Part shown: in pieces, positions 1-12,073 of the stretch
Layout: each line of letters opens with the position of its first letter
Position numbering within the stretch: position 1 is the first letter of the stretch
Source: Sporopachydermia quercuum
Lineage: Eukaryota
Reading direction: 5' to 3'
NCBI GenBank assembly: GCA_001599295.1
Contig: BCGN01000004.1
Coordinates: 1,058,138-1,122,137 of the forward strand
Length of the DNA stretch: 64,000 nucleotides
Notes under the pieces: generated by a model
The model's database searches: none
What the model was told of the DNA's origin: nothing
Seen by the model: only the letters and a program-made list of their open reading frames with translations
Made by a program: the position numbers and the translations under genes

Positions 1-2
1 TG

Positions 3-686
3 ATTGGTCAAAAGGGTAGTTTGAAAGGAAGGAAGATGCCTTTTGATGTCTACCTTCAACGTAAAGTCAGTACATGGCTTGAAACCTCCAAAGCCCGAAA
101 GGTTGACTTAATAGATGCCATCACCACATCGCCTGTTCACGAGATTATGTATTTCTGGAATGGTTATAATAGAATGACTCCGGAATTACTGGAGTTGTCA
201 TTAACTCAATTAGGATACTCCGCAGATCCATCTGGACCAGCGTCTGAGTATGCGTGGCGTCTTGATCCTGCTAGAGGCGAGTGTGGAAAGATTTTCTGCC
301 CTATGGCTAAAGGCGAAAAGGAGAGTAGTCGTATGATGAGATGCTTTTTACAATCAATTTGTTTAAGAGGAATGGGAAGAGTTGAAGAAGGTCTGAATCT
401 TTTAGATGATGAAGTCATATCAAAGTATATTTTGAACGAGTCAGGATTCACTCGGGCTGGGACTCCAAAGTATAAGGTTATCCATAAAACTGATGATCCT
501 TGGATGTATCCTGCCGCTCTATTTGAAAGAGCAATATTTGTTTGGAAGCTGAAAGGTCTCAGTGGATTGGACGAAGCAAGAGACTATCTACATAGGGCAC
601 ATAATTGGTCAGATGATTATGAGCTTAGCACGAGAATTATAATGAAGATAAAGAGTGCATTAGACCGTCTTGAAAGTATTCGATAA
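3..686 (+). CDS. IML2: Iml2/TTC39-family protein, 3' part (5' truncated by window edge)
   Basis: Frame is open from position 3. C-terminus DDPWMYPAALFERA...DDYELSTRIIMKIKSALDRLE matches the yeast Iml2/YKR018C family as recalled. Confidence 0.85.
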   Translation: MGQKGSLKGRKMPFDVYLQRKVSTWLETSKARKVDLIDAITTSPVHEIMYFWNGYNRMTPELLELSLTQLGYSADPSGPASEYAWRLDPARGECGKIFCPMAKGEKESSRMMRCFLQSICLRGMGRVEEGLNLLDDEVISKYILNESGFTRAGTPKYKVIHKTDDPWMYPAALFERAIFVWKLKGLSGLDEARDYLHRAHNWSDDYELSTRIIMKIKSALDRLESIR

Positions 687-1496
687 TATGCTCATAGATT
701 TGGTCTTTCTTTTTGATTTATTTTCCGGTAGTTGTTTATATGTAGAAAAATAAAACACTATGCACAATATTCATGAATAGTACTTGTAATACATTTCAGG
801 TCAACTTGATGTCCCATCTCCAACCACTCCTCATTCTCGCACGTTTACATACCTCATCGGTCTTCTAGTTCCAAATTCTTTTCCTATTGTTATATCTTTT
901 TATTTTTTTCTGAGATTCTTAGCGGCAATGGTTCGATCGCAATATAGAATAATCTCCTAGCTATATTAATGATTTCTTCTTAGGTTAGCATTATCATCAT
1001 CTCATGTTCGTTCACCGATCCTTATCGCCATATAAATTCCGCTTTCAGAATTGTCTTTATTTTATTATCATTTCCTGAATAGAAGCTTATTTATTCCGAC
1101 CCCTTTTCATCTGTCCGGAAGAATTCGGCTTCCCCGGATTTTGGCTACGGGGATTCAAATTCTTAACTAGGAAGACTGCAATCTACAAATCTGTTTCTTG
1201 AAAGGTTGTTATTGATGACATGAAGGCATATAATACAATTAGTTGCATTAGTATAAGAAATAGATCAGAGGTTCGATATCATTGCTTGATGTTTATGACA
1301 ATAGAAGATAAGGTGTCATGCAATGCTACTGTTACAAAAAAATATTCTCGGTTAAATTGCGAACTGAGTTGATTAAAGCAACCGCTTATACATAGGAAAT
1401 AAAGATATAGTCCCTATTGTTCTTGTGATCGTTTTTGTATATTTCTTTGTCTTAGATGTTGGGCCGAATCTAACAATATTGGGATATATACACATC

Positions 1497-2435
1497 ATGT
1501 TTAAAAGTTTTATGAGATCAAGCGTTGTTGTAAACACTGTTGGAACTGGGTCGAAAAGATGGTCTGCTACAGGGATTCAATTCCAAAGGTTTTATAGCTT
1601 GAAGCCATATTTACCTACTATGAATCAAGAGCTTCGAACAGCTGCTTGTTTGGTGATCGGTGATGAAGTATTGAATGGGAAGATCATTGACACTAACTCG
1701 ACATATTTTGCTAGATTCTGCTTTGGTCTGGGAATTGAATTGAAAAGAGTGGAAGTAATTCCTGATCTGGATGCTGATATTGAGGAATGTATGAGAAGAA
1801 TGGCTGACAAGTATGACCTGGTAGTAACTAGTGGTGGAATTGGGCCTACACACGATGATGTTACATATGAAAGTGCAGCTAGAGCTTTTGGTGTACCATT
1901 AGAGATGAATGAGGAAACAAAAAGGAGAATGAATGAAATAGACTCTGAAAGGAAAATAAAAAGAAGTGATGATGAAGAGCCACGGTGGAGAATGGCTTAT
2001 CTGCCTAGTGGGCAAGATGTAGTACATTACTTCCCTTGTGAGGATACCTGGGTACCAGTTGTGGCTATGAAAAATAAACTATTAATACTCCCCGGTGTAC
2101 CTCAAATTTTTGAAAAGCTGTTAGAAGGTATGAAACCTGTTATTCAACCATGTGTTCCTTTGAATACAAGGAAAGTAAGGTACTTTGTTTCCACTAATTT
2201 GAGTGAATCAAAGATAGCCAAGTATCTTGAGGAAGTGCAGGAGTTGGCTGCAGATCATGGTGTAAAAATTGGAAGTTATCCACATATGACAAAACATATA
2301 AATACTGTTAGCATTATTGGTAGGGCAAATGATACGACATTTTTGAGGGCTTTAGTTGATGATATTGTTAAGAATGTTGAAGGCAAAGAAATATCAGCAT
2401 TAGAGGAAAGAGATAGATCCTACGTAAGAAAATAA
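1497..2435 (+). CDS. FPY1: Molybdopterin-binding (MoCF/CinA-like) domain protein, FAD diphosphatase Fpy1-like
   Basis: Motifs AACLVIGDEVLNGKIIDTNS, VVTSGGIGPTHDDVT, ILPGVPQ and VKIGSYP. First ATG is at 1497 (the ORF track start at 1425 is GTG); a further in-frame ATG is at 1620. Confidence 0.85.
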   Translation: MFKSFMRSSVVVNTVGTGSKRWSATGIQFQRFYSLKPYLPTMNQELRTAACLVIGDEVLNGKIIDTNSTYFARFCFGLGIELKRVEVIPDLDADIEECMRRMADKYDLVVTSGGIGPTHDDVTYESAARAFGVPLEMNEETKRRMNEIDSERKIKRSDDEEPRWRMAYLPSGQDVVHYFPCEDTWVPVVAMKNKLLILPGVPQIFEKLLEGMKPVIQPCVPLNTRKVRYFVSTNLSESKIAKYLEEVQELAADHGVKIGSYPHMTKHINTVSIIGRANDTTFLRALVDDIVKNVEGKEISALEERDRSYVRK

Positions 2436-2813
2436 GAAAATTCTATGTTTGGGATTGGCACACTAGATGATACCAATTTTCAATAGTATAGTGCATGTGG
2501 TATGAGATATTGAAATCCATGTTTCATCCAGTAGCTGGGTCGTAGTGAAATGCCATAAAAAAATTTATGAGCGGTTCGAAAATTAGATAGCGAGCATGGG
2601 AAAGGTTTTAGCTGAATTATGTGTTTAAAGTACATTTCTAGAACTCTACGTGTAAAATCAAATTAATTGAATTCTGATATACGACATTGATTTTTCAAAC
2701 TAAGCTCTTTGACTAGCATCAAAACATAACCAACTCTGAAGGCACACCCTTGAGCTTCATGACAAAAAAGAATTTTTATTGAATGAACACCAAATATGAA
2801 TATCTTAACTTTA

Positions 2814-4387
2814 CTAATTAAAAGTATGTGCAACAAAAGCTTGAGTAGATGTTAAAGCAGCAAAGCGAACTTCAGGATCCTCTGAAGTCATTAGCCCCAT
2901 AATCTTGGTTTTAACTCCTAAGTTTTCAATCACTTTCAAACTCTCAGGAAGTTCATTAACAATGTTTGTTATATCATTACATCCCACTGCTAATTGAACA
3001 GAGTTATTGGAATTATCAGCTGTTGAATTGATAATCGAACAAAGCTTTTTCAATAAAGCCCAATTTTTTTCTTTAAACTTCTCACTGTTTGTCTTCCAGA
3101 ATTCTTCAGACTTATGTGGAGGAGACCATTTTAGCTTGCCAGTAGTCAATTCAGATAAATATTCATCAAATGTTGACATTGAGTCATAAGTCTCTTGTAA
3201 AACAGCTTGCAATGATTGTAAATCCAAAATCAATTCTTCATCAGTCCACTTACGTTCAAGTAACTGTTTCACTGTGGGTAAAGAAGAGTGAACTAACAAA
3301 GCATTAACATTTAGTCTCACTGCATTATGATAGGTGGGATCATGAATAGATGTAAGATTAACTAACGTAGCAATTGCTACTCTGATTATTTTTTCTTTGA
3401 TAGAAGATTTAATGACACTGAGATACAAAGGTACAAGTTCAGGAAACTTTCCAATCAAATCACCAGCAGCAACTTTGTAAAAAGACTCATACCAGATAAT
3501 CAACAAAGTATAGTATTGTAATTGAATTCCAGTTCTAGGTGCCTTCAGAATTAACAACAAGTTTGGAACAATTGTGTCGACTTGAAGCCAAAATACCTTT
3601 CTCCATTGTTTATATACGACTAAATTCTTGAAGCTTTGAACGGCTATGTCCTGTATGTTGCCATTTGACGATTTCAGCAATTCGTTTAAAAACTTGAAAA
3701 ATCCTTCAACAGTTGATTCGCTTGACTTGCTGTCAATGGCTAGTAATGTTGTCATTATTTTAACAACCAAAAGATATATAGCTTCATCATTACTGTGCAG
3801 AGATAGTAACTTATTGAAAGTAGAGTAAGGTAAAGAACTGTCAACTTGAGAAAGTTGCAATAATGATGAAGCGAATGAATCAACCTCTTCTATTAAATCT
3901 GCCACAAGACAAAGAATGTATTTGATAACATCTTCTCTATCTACTCTTCCTAACAAACTAATAGTCGTTGTTGCATAAAGGTCTATTTCCTTGGAAACGG
4001 TGTCGTACCTAGCAGTTTGGTTCTGTTTTTCAATCAACTTCATTCTTCCTGCTTCATCCCTAGAGAGAAGATTAGCTCTTAGATACCCTTCCCAAGGAAT
4101 TGGTCGCGCTCTAATGCTTTCCTGAATGTCATTCACATATTGGCTGTCAAAGACAACCGGGGTTGAAGGGGTCTGGAAAAGAAAGAATTGTTAGTATTTT
4201 GACACTTCTAGATTGTGATCCAAAACCGGCAAAATATAACTGAGACCTGTTTTTACCTAAACCCAATTACAATTACTCTCTATTTCACTCAAAGTAAGAT
4301 CTTATTGATGTAGGTATCACATATTCAGGTCTCTACTCAACAATCTTCAATAGTCACAATCATGTTACTTACTTCATCGGTGGTCAT
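2814..4387 (-). CDS. VMA13: V-ATPase V1 subunit H, 2 exons (4387-4373, 4172-2814)
   Basis: IRARPIPWEGY, KEKIIRV and LKWSPPHKSEEFW motifs. The 200-nt phase-0 intron has GTAAGT (4372), TACTAAC (4196-4190) and CAG (4175-4173). Spliced N-terminus is MTTDE|TPSTPVVFDS. Confidence 0.93.
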
Positions 4388-5223
4388 AATGAATCAATTG
4401 TGACAAATTAAATTCTGGCCCTACTGGACAAATCTGAACAAGTGGAAAACTTTGTCCTGGTGAAAGATTGATTGTGATCTTATCTGGTGCAATTGATACT
4501 ATCATTAACTGAAGATGAAGAGATTCAATTCCATTCTGTCTCTTCTATTTACATTTAAAGTGTGTTGACTGTTGCAGCACCTTCCTGCTGTAGTCCTTGT
4601 ATGATTACGGCATCTTTTAAGTATCACGGTCTCCACTATGCTCCCCCCCTCCCCCCAGGGAAGACAGAGATAAAGAATTTCTACACCCGAACAGCAGGAC
4701 AGTTTGTTGGATGCATCAATGGTAACTAAGTTGTTGGAACACTTTTAAAATCGATAGTCCTGATAATTCGGACACTGCTGGACAAAATCGATGCTTACAT
4801 GACCATTAGGTTGAGAAAAAACGGTTGATACCGTCCATGGCCAATCAGGTGAACGACGTGATGAGAAAGATTTTTCGGGTAACAAACTACAATGTGACTA
4901 ACTAAGGAGATTATAGTAAAAGTGAATGACATAATAGGAGTGTTCTACATTAAAACTTAACTGACATTCTATGATGATAGGGTGCCAGAGAAAAAGGGAG
5001 CATTTATCGAGCAACAAGTCGTTGAATACCCAAGGTAACAATAAAAAGCAAGCTAATTGATTATACGAGAGTATCAAGACAGCAGTATAATTAATTGGTA
5101 GTATACAATTACATAATTCTTAAATACAAATCTACTACTATAAATGTGAAACTGAGTCGTAAATGTGGATATTATTTTAGTACTATATTGGTTCATATAT
5201 ATATGAATTATTAATCATGCCGT

Positions 5224-6339
5224 CTACTCTGATGATTCCCTCTTGAAATCAGCAGTCATATCAGCATCAGGAATTGAACCACACACAGTTTCAACCATGA
5301 TACCAGTAACTAAGTAAGGATCGATATTTGAGGCAGGTCGTCTATCTTCAAAGTAGCCATATCCTTCCTTAGCAACAGATCTTGGAATTCTCACAGAAGC
5401 ACCTCTGTTGGCAACACCAGATGAGAAAGCAGCCATTGAAGCAGTTTCATGCTTACCGGTTAATCTTAAATCGTTGTCAGAACCATAAAGCGCAATGTGT
5501 TCAGCGTGTCTCTTTGATAGCTTAGAAATAGCATCTTCAATGTACTTCATGCCACCAGGAACCCTCATTTCCTTGGTTGAAACGTTGGTATGGCATCCAG
5601 CACCATTCCAGTCACCCTTCAAAGGCTTAGGATGGAAAGAGATCTTAATACCAAACTCTTCAGCGACTCTGTGTAAAATATATCTAGCAACCCATAATTC
5701 ATCACCCATCTTAATACCTTCACAAGGTCCAACTTGGAACTCCCACTGAGATGGCATAACTTCAGCATTGATACCTGAGATAGTAATACCTGCATACAAG
5801 CAAGCTCTGTAGTGAGCTTCAACAATATCTCTGGCATACACCTTACCAGTACCTACACCACAGTAGTAAGGACCTTGAGGAGCAGGGAAACCTCCCTTGG
5901 GCCATCCATACACATTGTCGTATTCATCAAACAAAGTATATTCTTGTTCAAGGCCAAACCAGATTTCAGAATCGGCATGAGCGGTCATTAATTTGGCACA
6001 TTCGTGTCTGTGGTTAAACTTGTTGGGAGTACCATCGTTGTTATAACATTCAGCTAAAACAATGATATTATCACCTCTTCTGAAAGGATCTGGGTAGTAA
6101 GCAGCAGGTCTAAGATAAACATCAGAATCGTGACCAGGAGCTTGGTTCGTAGAAGAACCATCGAAGTTCCATTCTGGTAAATCATCGACTGAGGTAACGA
6201 TCTTGTTTAATGTTCTGCACTTGGATCTAATGTTTCCAGTACCATCAATCCAAATATATTCGGCCAAAATGGTACCTCTTTGGTCAAGTTCGAGGTACTT
6301 GGCCAAGTTGGCACTGTTTGAGATAACTGAGGACGACAT
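5224..6339 (-). CDS. GLN1: Glutamine synthetase (GSII)
   Basis: [33 protein letters not shown] and [10 protein letters not shown] motifs; strong codon bias. Confidence 0.98.
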   Translation of the reverse strand: MSSSVISNSANLAKYLELDQRGTILAEYIWIDGTGNIRSKCRTLNKIVTSVDDLPEWNFDGSSTNQAPGHDSDVYLRPAAYYPDPFRRGDNIIVLAECYNNDGTPNKFNHRHECAKLMTAHADSEIWFGLEQEYTLFDEYDNVYGWPKGGFPAPQGPYYCGVGTGKVYARDIVEAHYRACLYAGITISGINAEVMPSQWEFQVGPCEGIKMGDELWVARYILHRVAEEFGIKISFHPKPLKGDWNGAGCHTNVSTKEMRVPGGMKYIEDAISKLSKRHAEHIALYGSDNDLRLTGKHETASMAAFSSGVANRGASVRIPRSVAKEGYGYFEDRRPASNIDPYLVTGIMVETVCGSIPDADMTADFKRESSE

Positions 6340-6436
6340 TATGTACTATAATATTTTTGTTTGATGATATTTAGAAATCTTGGTGATATCTGAAGGGATG
6401 GAAGGTAAGCAAATTTAAATATTTCACTTCAATTGA

Positions 6437-9400
6437 GAGTCAAAANCAATTACCAAAGAAATGGAAACAGGAAGATAAAGGTATTTTATAGGAAGTTTTG
6501 TGAGTGAAATTGTTTTCTAAGTAAAATTGTTCTGTCCAAGATATAAAATTAAGTTAATCTTCATCAGGATTTCTTCTCACACTCAATTTAATTTAAGGTT
6601 TTTAAACTTTATCAAATCCCTGCCATGATTGTCAGAAAGAATTCCGGACACTCTTTTTTAGTGAAGAAATCAAGAGTACTTTCATATGCTATGAACGTTA
6701 CATTCATCTGAAAAAATTGTGGAAAGTTTTACAAGATACTATTTCAGCCGAATTTCAAATTCCATCAAACCTCATTCTAATTCCACCAAATGTGCAAGAC
6801 TTAAGCCCAAGTTGCTAACGAAGTCAGAGAGTGATTTAAAGTTNATCGGTTAATCTATGTTAGAATGGAGTTATCTAACTTGGGTTCATTGGCTATATTT
6901 AGAGTTCCGGACACCGTTTTGCTCTTGATTTTAGACTGACTCTAATTTTGTATCCACCGATATCTGTCTGATTGTCACTCCATTATTTGCTTGTTATTAC
7001 ATGTCAGATATTTATGTTATGTGATGTGTTTGGCTAAAGAGCTTGTGGTGAACTAGAACTAAAATCAAAAAAGTGGTAGACTCGAGAGTGCAAGCTACCT
7101 TGAATTATTAGCTGGAGAATATAAGTCTCGAGATTCAAGTTCACCGTTTGTCTACTAAGAAAAATTCAATGCAAAAGTCATGCATGTTTATCAAATAACA
7201 TGTAAATGTCCAACGAAAACCAGTGATGTATTCTGCCCACCTGTTGGTCCTTTGCATTTCGGATTTCTTTTAGTTTAATTTATCCATTTGTTATGTTTTT
7301 GTCTTTATATCAAAAACTCGTTTGAAGTAGGTTTCTAGAAGATTATATTGGATCAGAAATTGAGGAAGACTGAGCATACTGAAGGCAGTGATTTCTCTCA
7401 ATCGGAAGAGTGTCGTGAGGTAACATGATAAATTTTAAAATTGGATAAGTCCTGCATTCCATGTACGGAAAAAGAGCTTACTTAACTTCCTTATCATGAT
7501 AAATCCCACACCCATTCGATTATAAGATCTTTATCTCTTGTGGAAGCTTCCACATCTGCATTTTCCTGTCATGCTCTTAAGGGCTTTGGCCTACAGCAGT
7601 TTGTTTTTATACATTAGTTCCAAGCGAAAACCTCATCGTTTCAACGAACTAATCTCATTTACACAGCAAATTGATAAAAGCATATTACCTTTAAATATGA
7701 TCTTCACAATTCGTACACTATAGAGAGAAATCACGATAAGGGAGCTTCATAAAAGTTTGTATGTTTCTCTATTTCTTCAAGTCTCCTGCATAGTAATACC
7801 CCGATTTTTTGGACGTAATCAGTTATTTTATGATTGGCTGATTGATCTCCTTGAACTGTTATCAGTGAAATAGTAACAATCTAGTCTAAATACGAATTAT
7901 CTTCGCTCCCAAATCATTGATCTTGTAGGTTAAATTTTGTTGAATATTCTTTATAGGTCGTGGTAAATAGCATTTAATCATTACTTATTATCGATCATTT
8001 ACAATCATAATTCAGAATTAGGGCCCTTCTGTTACATGAGTTTCTTCTCAGACTATTGTANTACGTTTTGGTGGTTTTACAGTAAAGTAAGTTCTCGGAA
8101 TAATTCTTTGGTATCTCACTTGTCCTGCATCTTATGTATGTTAATTGAGACCTTTTCGATAGTAATTCCATTTTGGTCAAATCTTCAACTACGTTAGTTA
8201 AATGGAGCTTTTTTTTGGGTCACATTACTTTAAATATGTAGAGAAACAAATCAACTTAGCTCTAACGGCTGAAAGTTTCTTCAAAGTAGTCCCAAACCTA
8301 TCGCATTTAAGTTAAAACGGATAAGCATTATGATGATGAGTACACGTAGCTGCTTTTTGTGTCATTTATTGTCAAGTAGCTTTGGCAAAGCTGGGGGATG
8401 ATGTGTTTAACGGTGTTTTCATTAGTGCTCTAAAATTCATTGGCAGTTCCGAAGTTATTAGTGAGTGTTTATCAAATTCTAAGACATTAAGGAATCTTCT
8501 CTAATTGATGTTTATCTATTGAGGGGTGCTACTAGTTCTTTATCAGTGCTCTTATGCATAAGAAGATAAGTTCCTGTATTTCAAATCGACATGTATATTT
8601 AGTAAAAGAATTATTACTTGACGACAGTCTATTGTAATTATCAGTGAAGGATATTATCAACTCTTTTGATTTTTTGCTAAACGTTATGATCCTGTTTATT
8701 TTTTCTTAGTGAAACTTAACGAAGTAATGAAGGCCAGTTTTGGAATAAAGTGAAGAAGGTTTACCAATTGGTATTTTTTTTTTCTTTTCTTTCTTCCTTA
8801 TCTTGTGTATACATTCAAGGTCTTAACAGATGTCCATNTGCTAGAAATAGTTCAAGAACAGGTAAGGCCCGCGCCATTCAAAGAAGGTGTACCTTTTTGA
8901 TCACTTGAATGGGTTGATTGCTATAGATTGAGAAAATTACTATATTGACGATTGGAATCTGTATTATATTGAATAATGATATATTTTAAATCTATCTCTT
9001 GTAGAAGGTATGGATGATGAGTGCATCTCCCCGAACCTATGGCACTTTAAAGATGCTTAATAAATTATGAGGATAAATAGCTAACATCATCGCCGAAGAA
9101 TTCTAAAAGTGAACATATACTATAAACTTTTTTAACATCGAACTCCAAGTTCGTCAGAACTAAGCAGAATAAGACATTGTCATTTATTTGTAATATCAAC
9201 ATGTCTACTTAGAAATGTAATCATTGATCTCTAGTTCGTATTAATCAATAGCTTGTTTTTTTTCCTTCACTATTTCTTCACCTTGAATTCTTTTAATATG
9301 GGTATTATTTGAAAACGATAATTGAACTTACAGAGAACAAACCCGCCTGATTAAGGTTTAGTGATTTTATGCAATATTCCTGCACATAGATAAACATTAG

Positions 9401-9601
9401 CTTATTTATCTCTCACCCCTCCTCCAAGTGAGATTCCATTTATCTTCCAAGAATTTAGTCGGACACTTTTGACATGTAGCCGCTTTCGGACACTTCATAT
9501 GAATATCGTTTCTTGCTTTCATTAATATCCCAAATAGGAAAAAGTGAAAAATTTATTGCATCCGATAAAATGGAAAGAGCAAAAAGCAAGGAAGTGAGTC
9601 A
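6437..9601. promoter_or_regulatory. Extended GLN1 upstream region with GATA (Gln3/Gat1-type) and Gcn4-type sites
   Basis: GATAAG/CTTATC at 7444, 7490, 7735, 8320, 8565 and 8797. TGACTC/GAGTCA at 6437 and 6937, TGAGTCA at 9595. TATAAAA on the minus strand near 6484-6490. Confidence 0.55.
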
Positions 9602-10342
9602 GTCAATTTTGAGATAAACTATTTGGCTCATCCAGCCATGCATACATATATATATGTATTAGCTCCTGGACTATCAAAGGTTAAGATAGATAATATAAAC
9701 TTGCCATATGTTAATCATTTGTTTGTCTTATGGTTGTTTTATTTGGAAAGCCTCGAAAGGAAATATGAGCAAAAGAGACGATCCTCATCTTGGGTGATAA
9801 TCAAAATGCTTTAAAATTTCTATTGGTTTCTTGAAGCCAAGTCATCATCGTTTGTGGGGGGTGAAAATTGAGATTCCTTATGGAGTCCCTATAGTATACT
9901 CTTTGTTTTTTTAAAATTCTGGTTCACTCCAGAAATAATTCGTTTCTAATAATAGGGTGGACTTTATATAGCCTGGAGAAGAGCGAGTATTTTTGCACCT
10001 ACCGGTTCCCGTCAGTTTATGATCGCCGGTTTATTGACTTATCGACAAGTTTTTTTGACACTCCTTACTGGGCTGAGTAAGAAAGAGCTTAATTTTATGC
10101 GTAGTATACATATATATTGATAAGGCCAATGTTGAATTGGATCAATTGCTGTTTCACATCTGGTTGAAAGAAGAATCAAACATTTTAGTTCAAAGGTGGA
10201 GCGAACCTAAGCTGCACCGATTTTCCATATTCTTTATTACATTCATTAACTATAAGAACCAAGAGCTACAATAAATCGTTCATTCATTATACATTTTTGA
10301 TAATCATTGCTTCACGACCATATAATGTCGTGATGTTTAAAA

Positions 10343-12073
10343 TTAATTAGAGCTTGACAGCCATCCTTTGGATCGTTCAACTGCCCTCTCCCAATTAGAG
10401 TAATTTTCCTTTCTTTTGGATTCTTCAAGCTTTGATTCGAACTTATCAGTACCTAAACCACTAGAAATGTCTTTTTTGACTTCATCTAAGGATTTCCAGA
10501 CGCCAGCTTCTTTGGACAACCCAGCAGCAATTGCTGCTCCCAATGCAGTACATTCAGCCATTCTCATTCTGTTGACCTCAACACCAGCACCTAAAACATC
10601 AGCTTGAATTTGCATGACTTCGTCACTTTGAGTCATACCACCATCGACGTTAAGAGATTCCAATTTGGTTCCAGAATCTTTTCCCATAGCATCCAAGATG
10701 GCGTATGTTTGGAAACAAACGGATTCAATGGCAGCTCTTGCAATGTGTGATGCAGTAGTATATTGAGTCAAACCAACCATAGTACCACGAGCATCAGAAT
10801 CCCAATAAGGAGCAAAGAGACCGGAAAATGCAGTAACGAAATATACACCACCATTATCTGGTACCAAATCAGCTAAAGGACCGACATCAGAAGATTTCTC
10901 AATCAATTTCAAGTTATCTCGCAACCATTGGACAACTGACCCAGCAACAGCGATGGAACCTTCTAAAGCATAGCAAGGCTTAGATTCNTCGCTGGAGTCA
11001 ATATCTTTAAACCAGTAACCAAGTGTGGTTAAGCCTCCATGTTCAGATATCATAACGTCTGTACCAGTATTGTAAAGTAAGAAACAACCAGTTCCGTAAG
11101 TGTTTTTAGCATCACCTTTATAGAAAGCTAGTTGACCTACCATTGATGATGATTGATCACCTAAGCAACCGCAAAATGCGACGTCTGTGAAACTCTTGAA
11201 GTTCTCTATATTGTAAGCATAATCATGAATAAGTGGTGGAATAGTAAAGTGACCATATAGTTCAGAAGATGATACAATTTTAGGAAATGCAAGCTTGGTG
11301 TTGTCGATGTCGAAAAACCTAAACAATTCTTCATCATACTCAAGTTTCTTGATGTTCATTAACATAGTTCTTGAAGCATTGGTGACGTCTGTGAGAAAAG
11401 AACGTTCCTTGGTCAAACTATAGAAAACCCAAGTATCTAAAGTACCAAACATCAAATCACCAGATTCATATGCCTCCTTTGCTTCCTTAACGTTGCCCAA
11501 GATCCACTTGATCTTAACAGCTGAGAAATAAGTTGAGATTGGTAGACCACAAATCTTTCTGATCTCTTCTAATCGTTCTCCGCTGTTGTTCTTCTTAATT
11601 TGAGAAACAAGTTCAGAAGTTCTAGTATCGTTCCAAACAATACCATTATAGATAGGTCTACCTGTCTTCTTCGAGAATAAAACAGTGGTTTCTCTCATAT
11701 TGGTAACCCCAATACCTCTGACTTTGTACGGAACTGTAGCGGTAGCATTCAATTCATTTAGTTGTTTACCAACAATATTCATACAAGTAATAATATTATA
11801 CAAAATATGGATTGGTTCAACCTCAACCCAACCAGGATTTGGAAATCTCAATGTAGGTCCAAACGAATCAGGATTCTCGAATTCCAAATCAGCAGCTGGT
11901 GTAACTTTTACACCCTCAGATGAAAAAACGTCATTATTCTTTGTATTGGCAGAAGTAGGATATTCAATCTGGTGCTTCAAAAATGGAACACCTTCTTGAG
12001 TGAAAAGAATTAATCTTACTGAGGTAGTGCCAATATCAATGGCACCAATTAGTGGTACATGATCTAAAGCCAT
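10343..12073 (-). CDS. GUT1: Glycerol kinase (FGGY family)
   Basis: [45 protein letters not shown] and VDGGM motifs. First ATG is at 12073 (the track start at 12094 is TTG). Confidence 0.96.
   Translation of the reverse strand: MALDHVPLIGAIDIGTTSVRLILFTQEGVPFLKHQIEYPTSANTKNNDVFSSEGVKVTPAADLEFENPDSFGPTLRFPNPGWVEVEPIHILYNIITCMNIVGKQLNELNATATVPYKVRGIGVTNMRETTVLFSKKTGRPIYNGIVWNDTRTSELVSQIKKNNSGERLEEIRKICGLPISTYFSAVKIKWILGNVKEAKEAYESGDLMFGTLDTWVFYSLTKERSFLTDVTNASRTMLMNIKKLEYDEELFRFFDIDNTKLAFPKIVSSSELYGHFTIPPLIHDYAYNIENFKSFTDVAFCGCLGDQSSSMVGQLAFYKGDAKNTYGTGCFLLYNTGTDVMISEHGGLTTLGYWFKDIDSSXESKPCYALEGSIAVAGSVVQWLRDNLKLIEKSSDVGPLADLVPDNGGVYFVTAFSGLFAPYWDSDARGTMVGLTQYTTASHIARAAIESVCFQTYAILDAMGKDSGTKLESLNVDGGMTQSDEVMQIQADVLGAGVEVNRMRMAECTALGAAIAAGLSKEAGVWKSLDEVKKDISSGLGTDKFESKLEESKRKENYSNWERAVERSKGWLSSSN

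Noticed and set aside
7778..8222. RNase MRP-like AATGGAGCTT word
   Set aside because: No proper GAAAGTCxCC CR-I at a suitable distance and no closing P1 helix seen.
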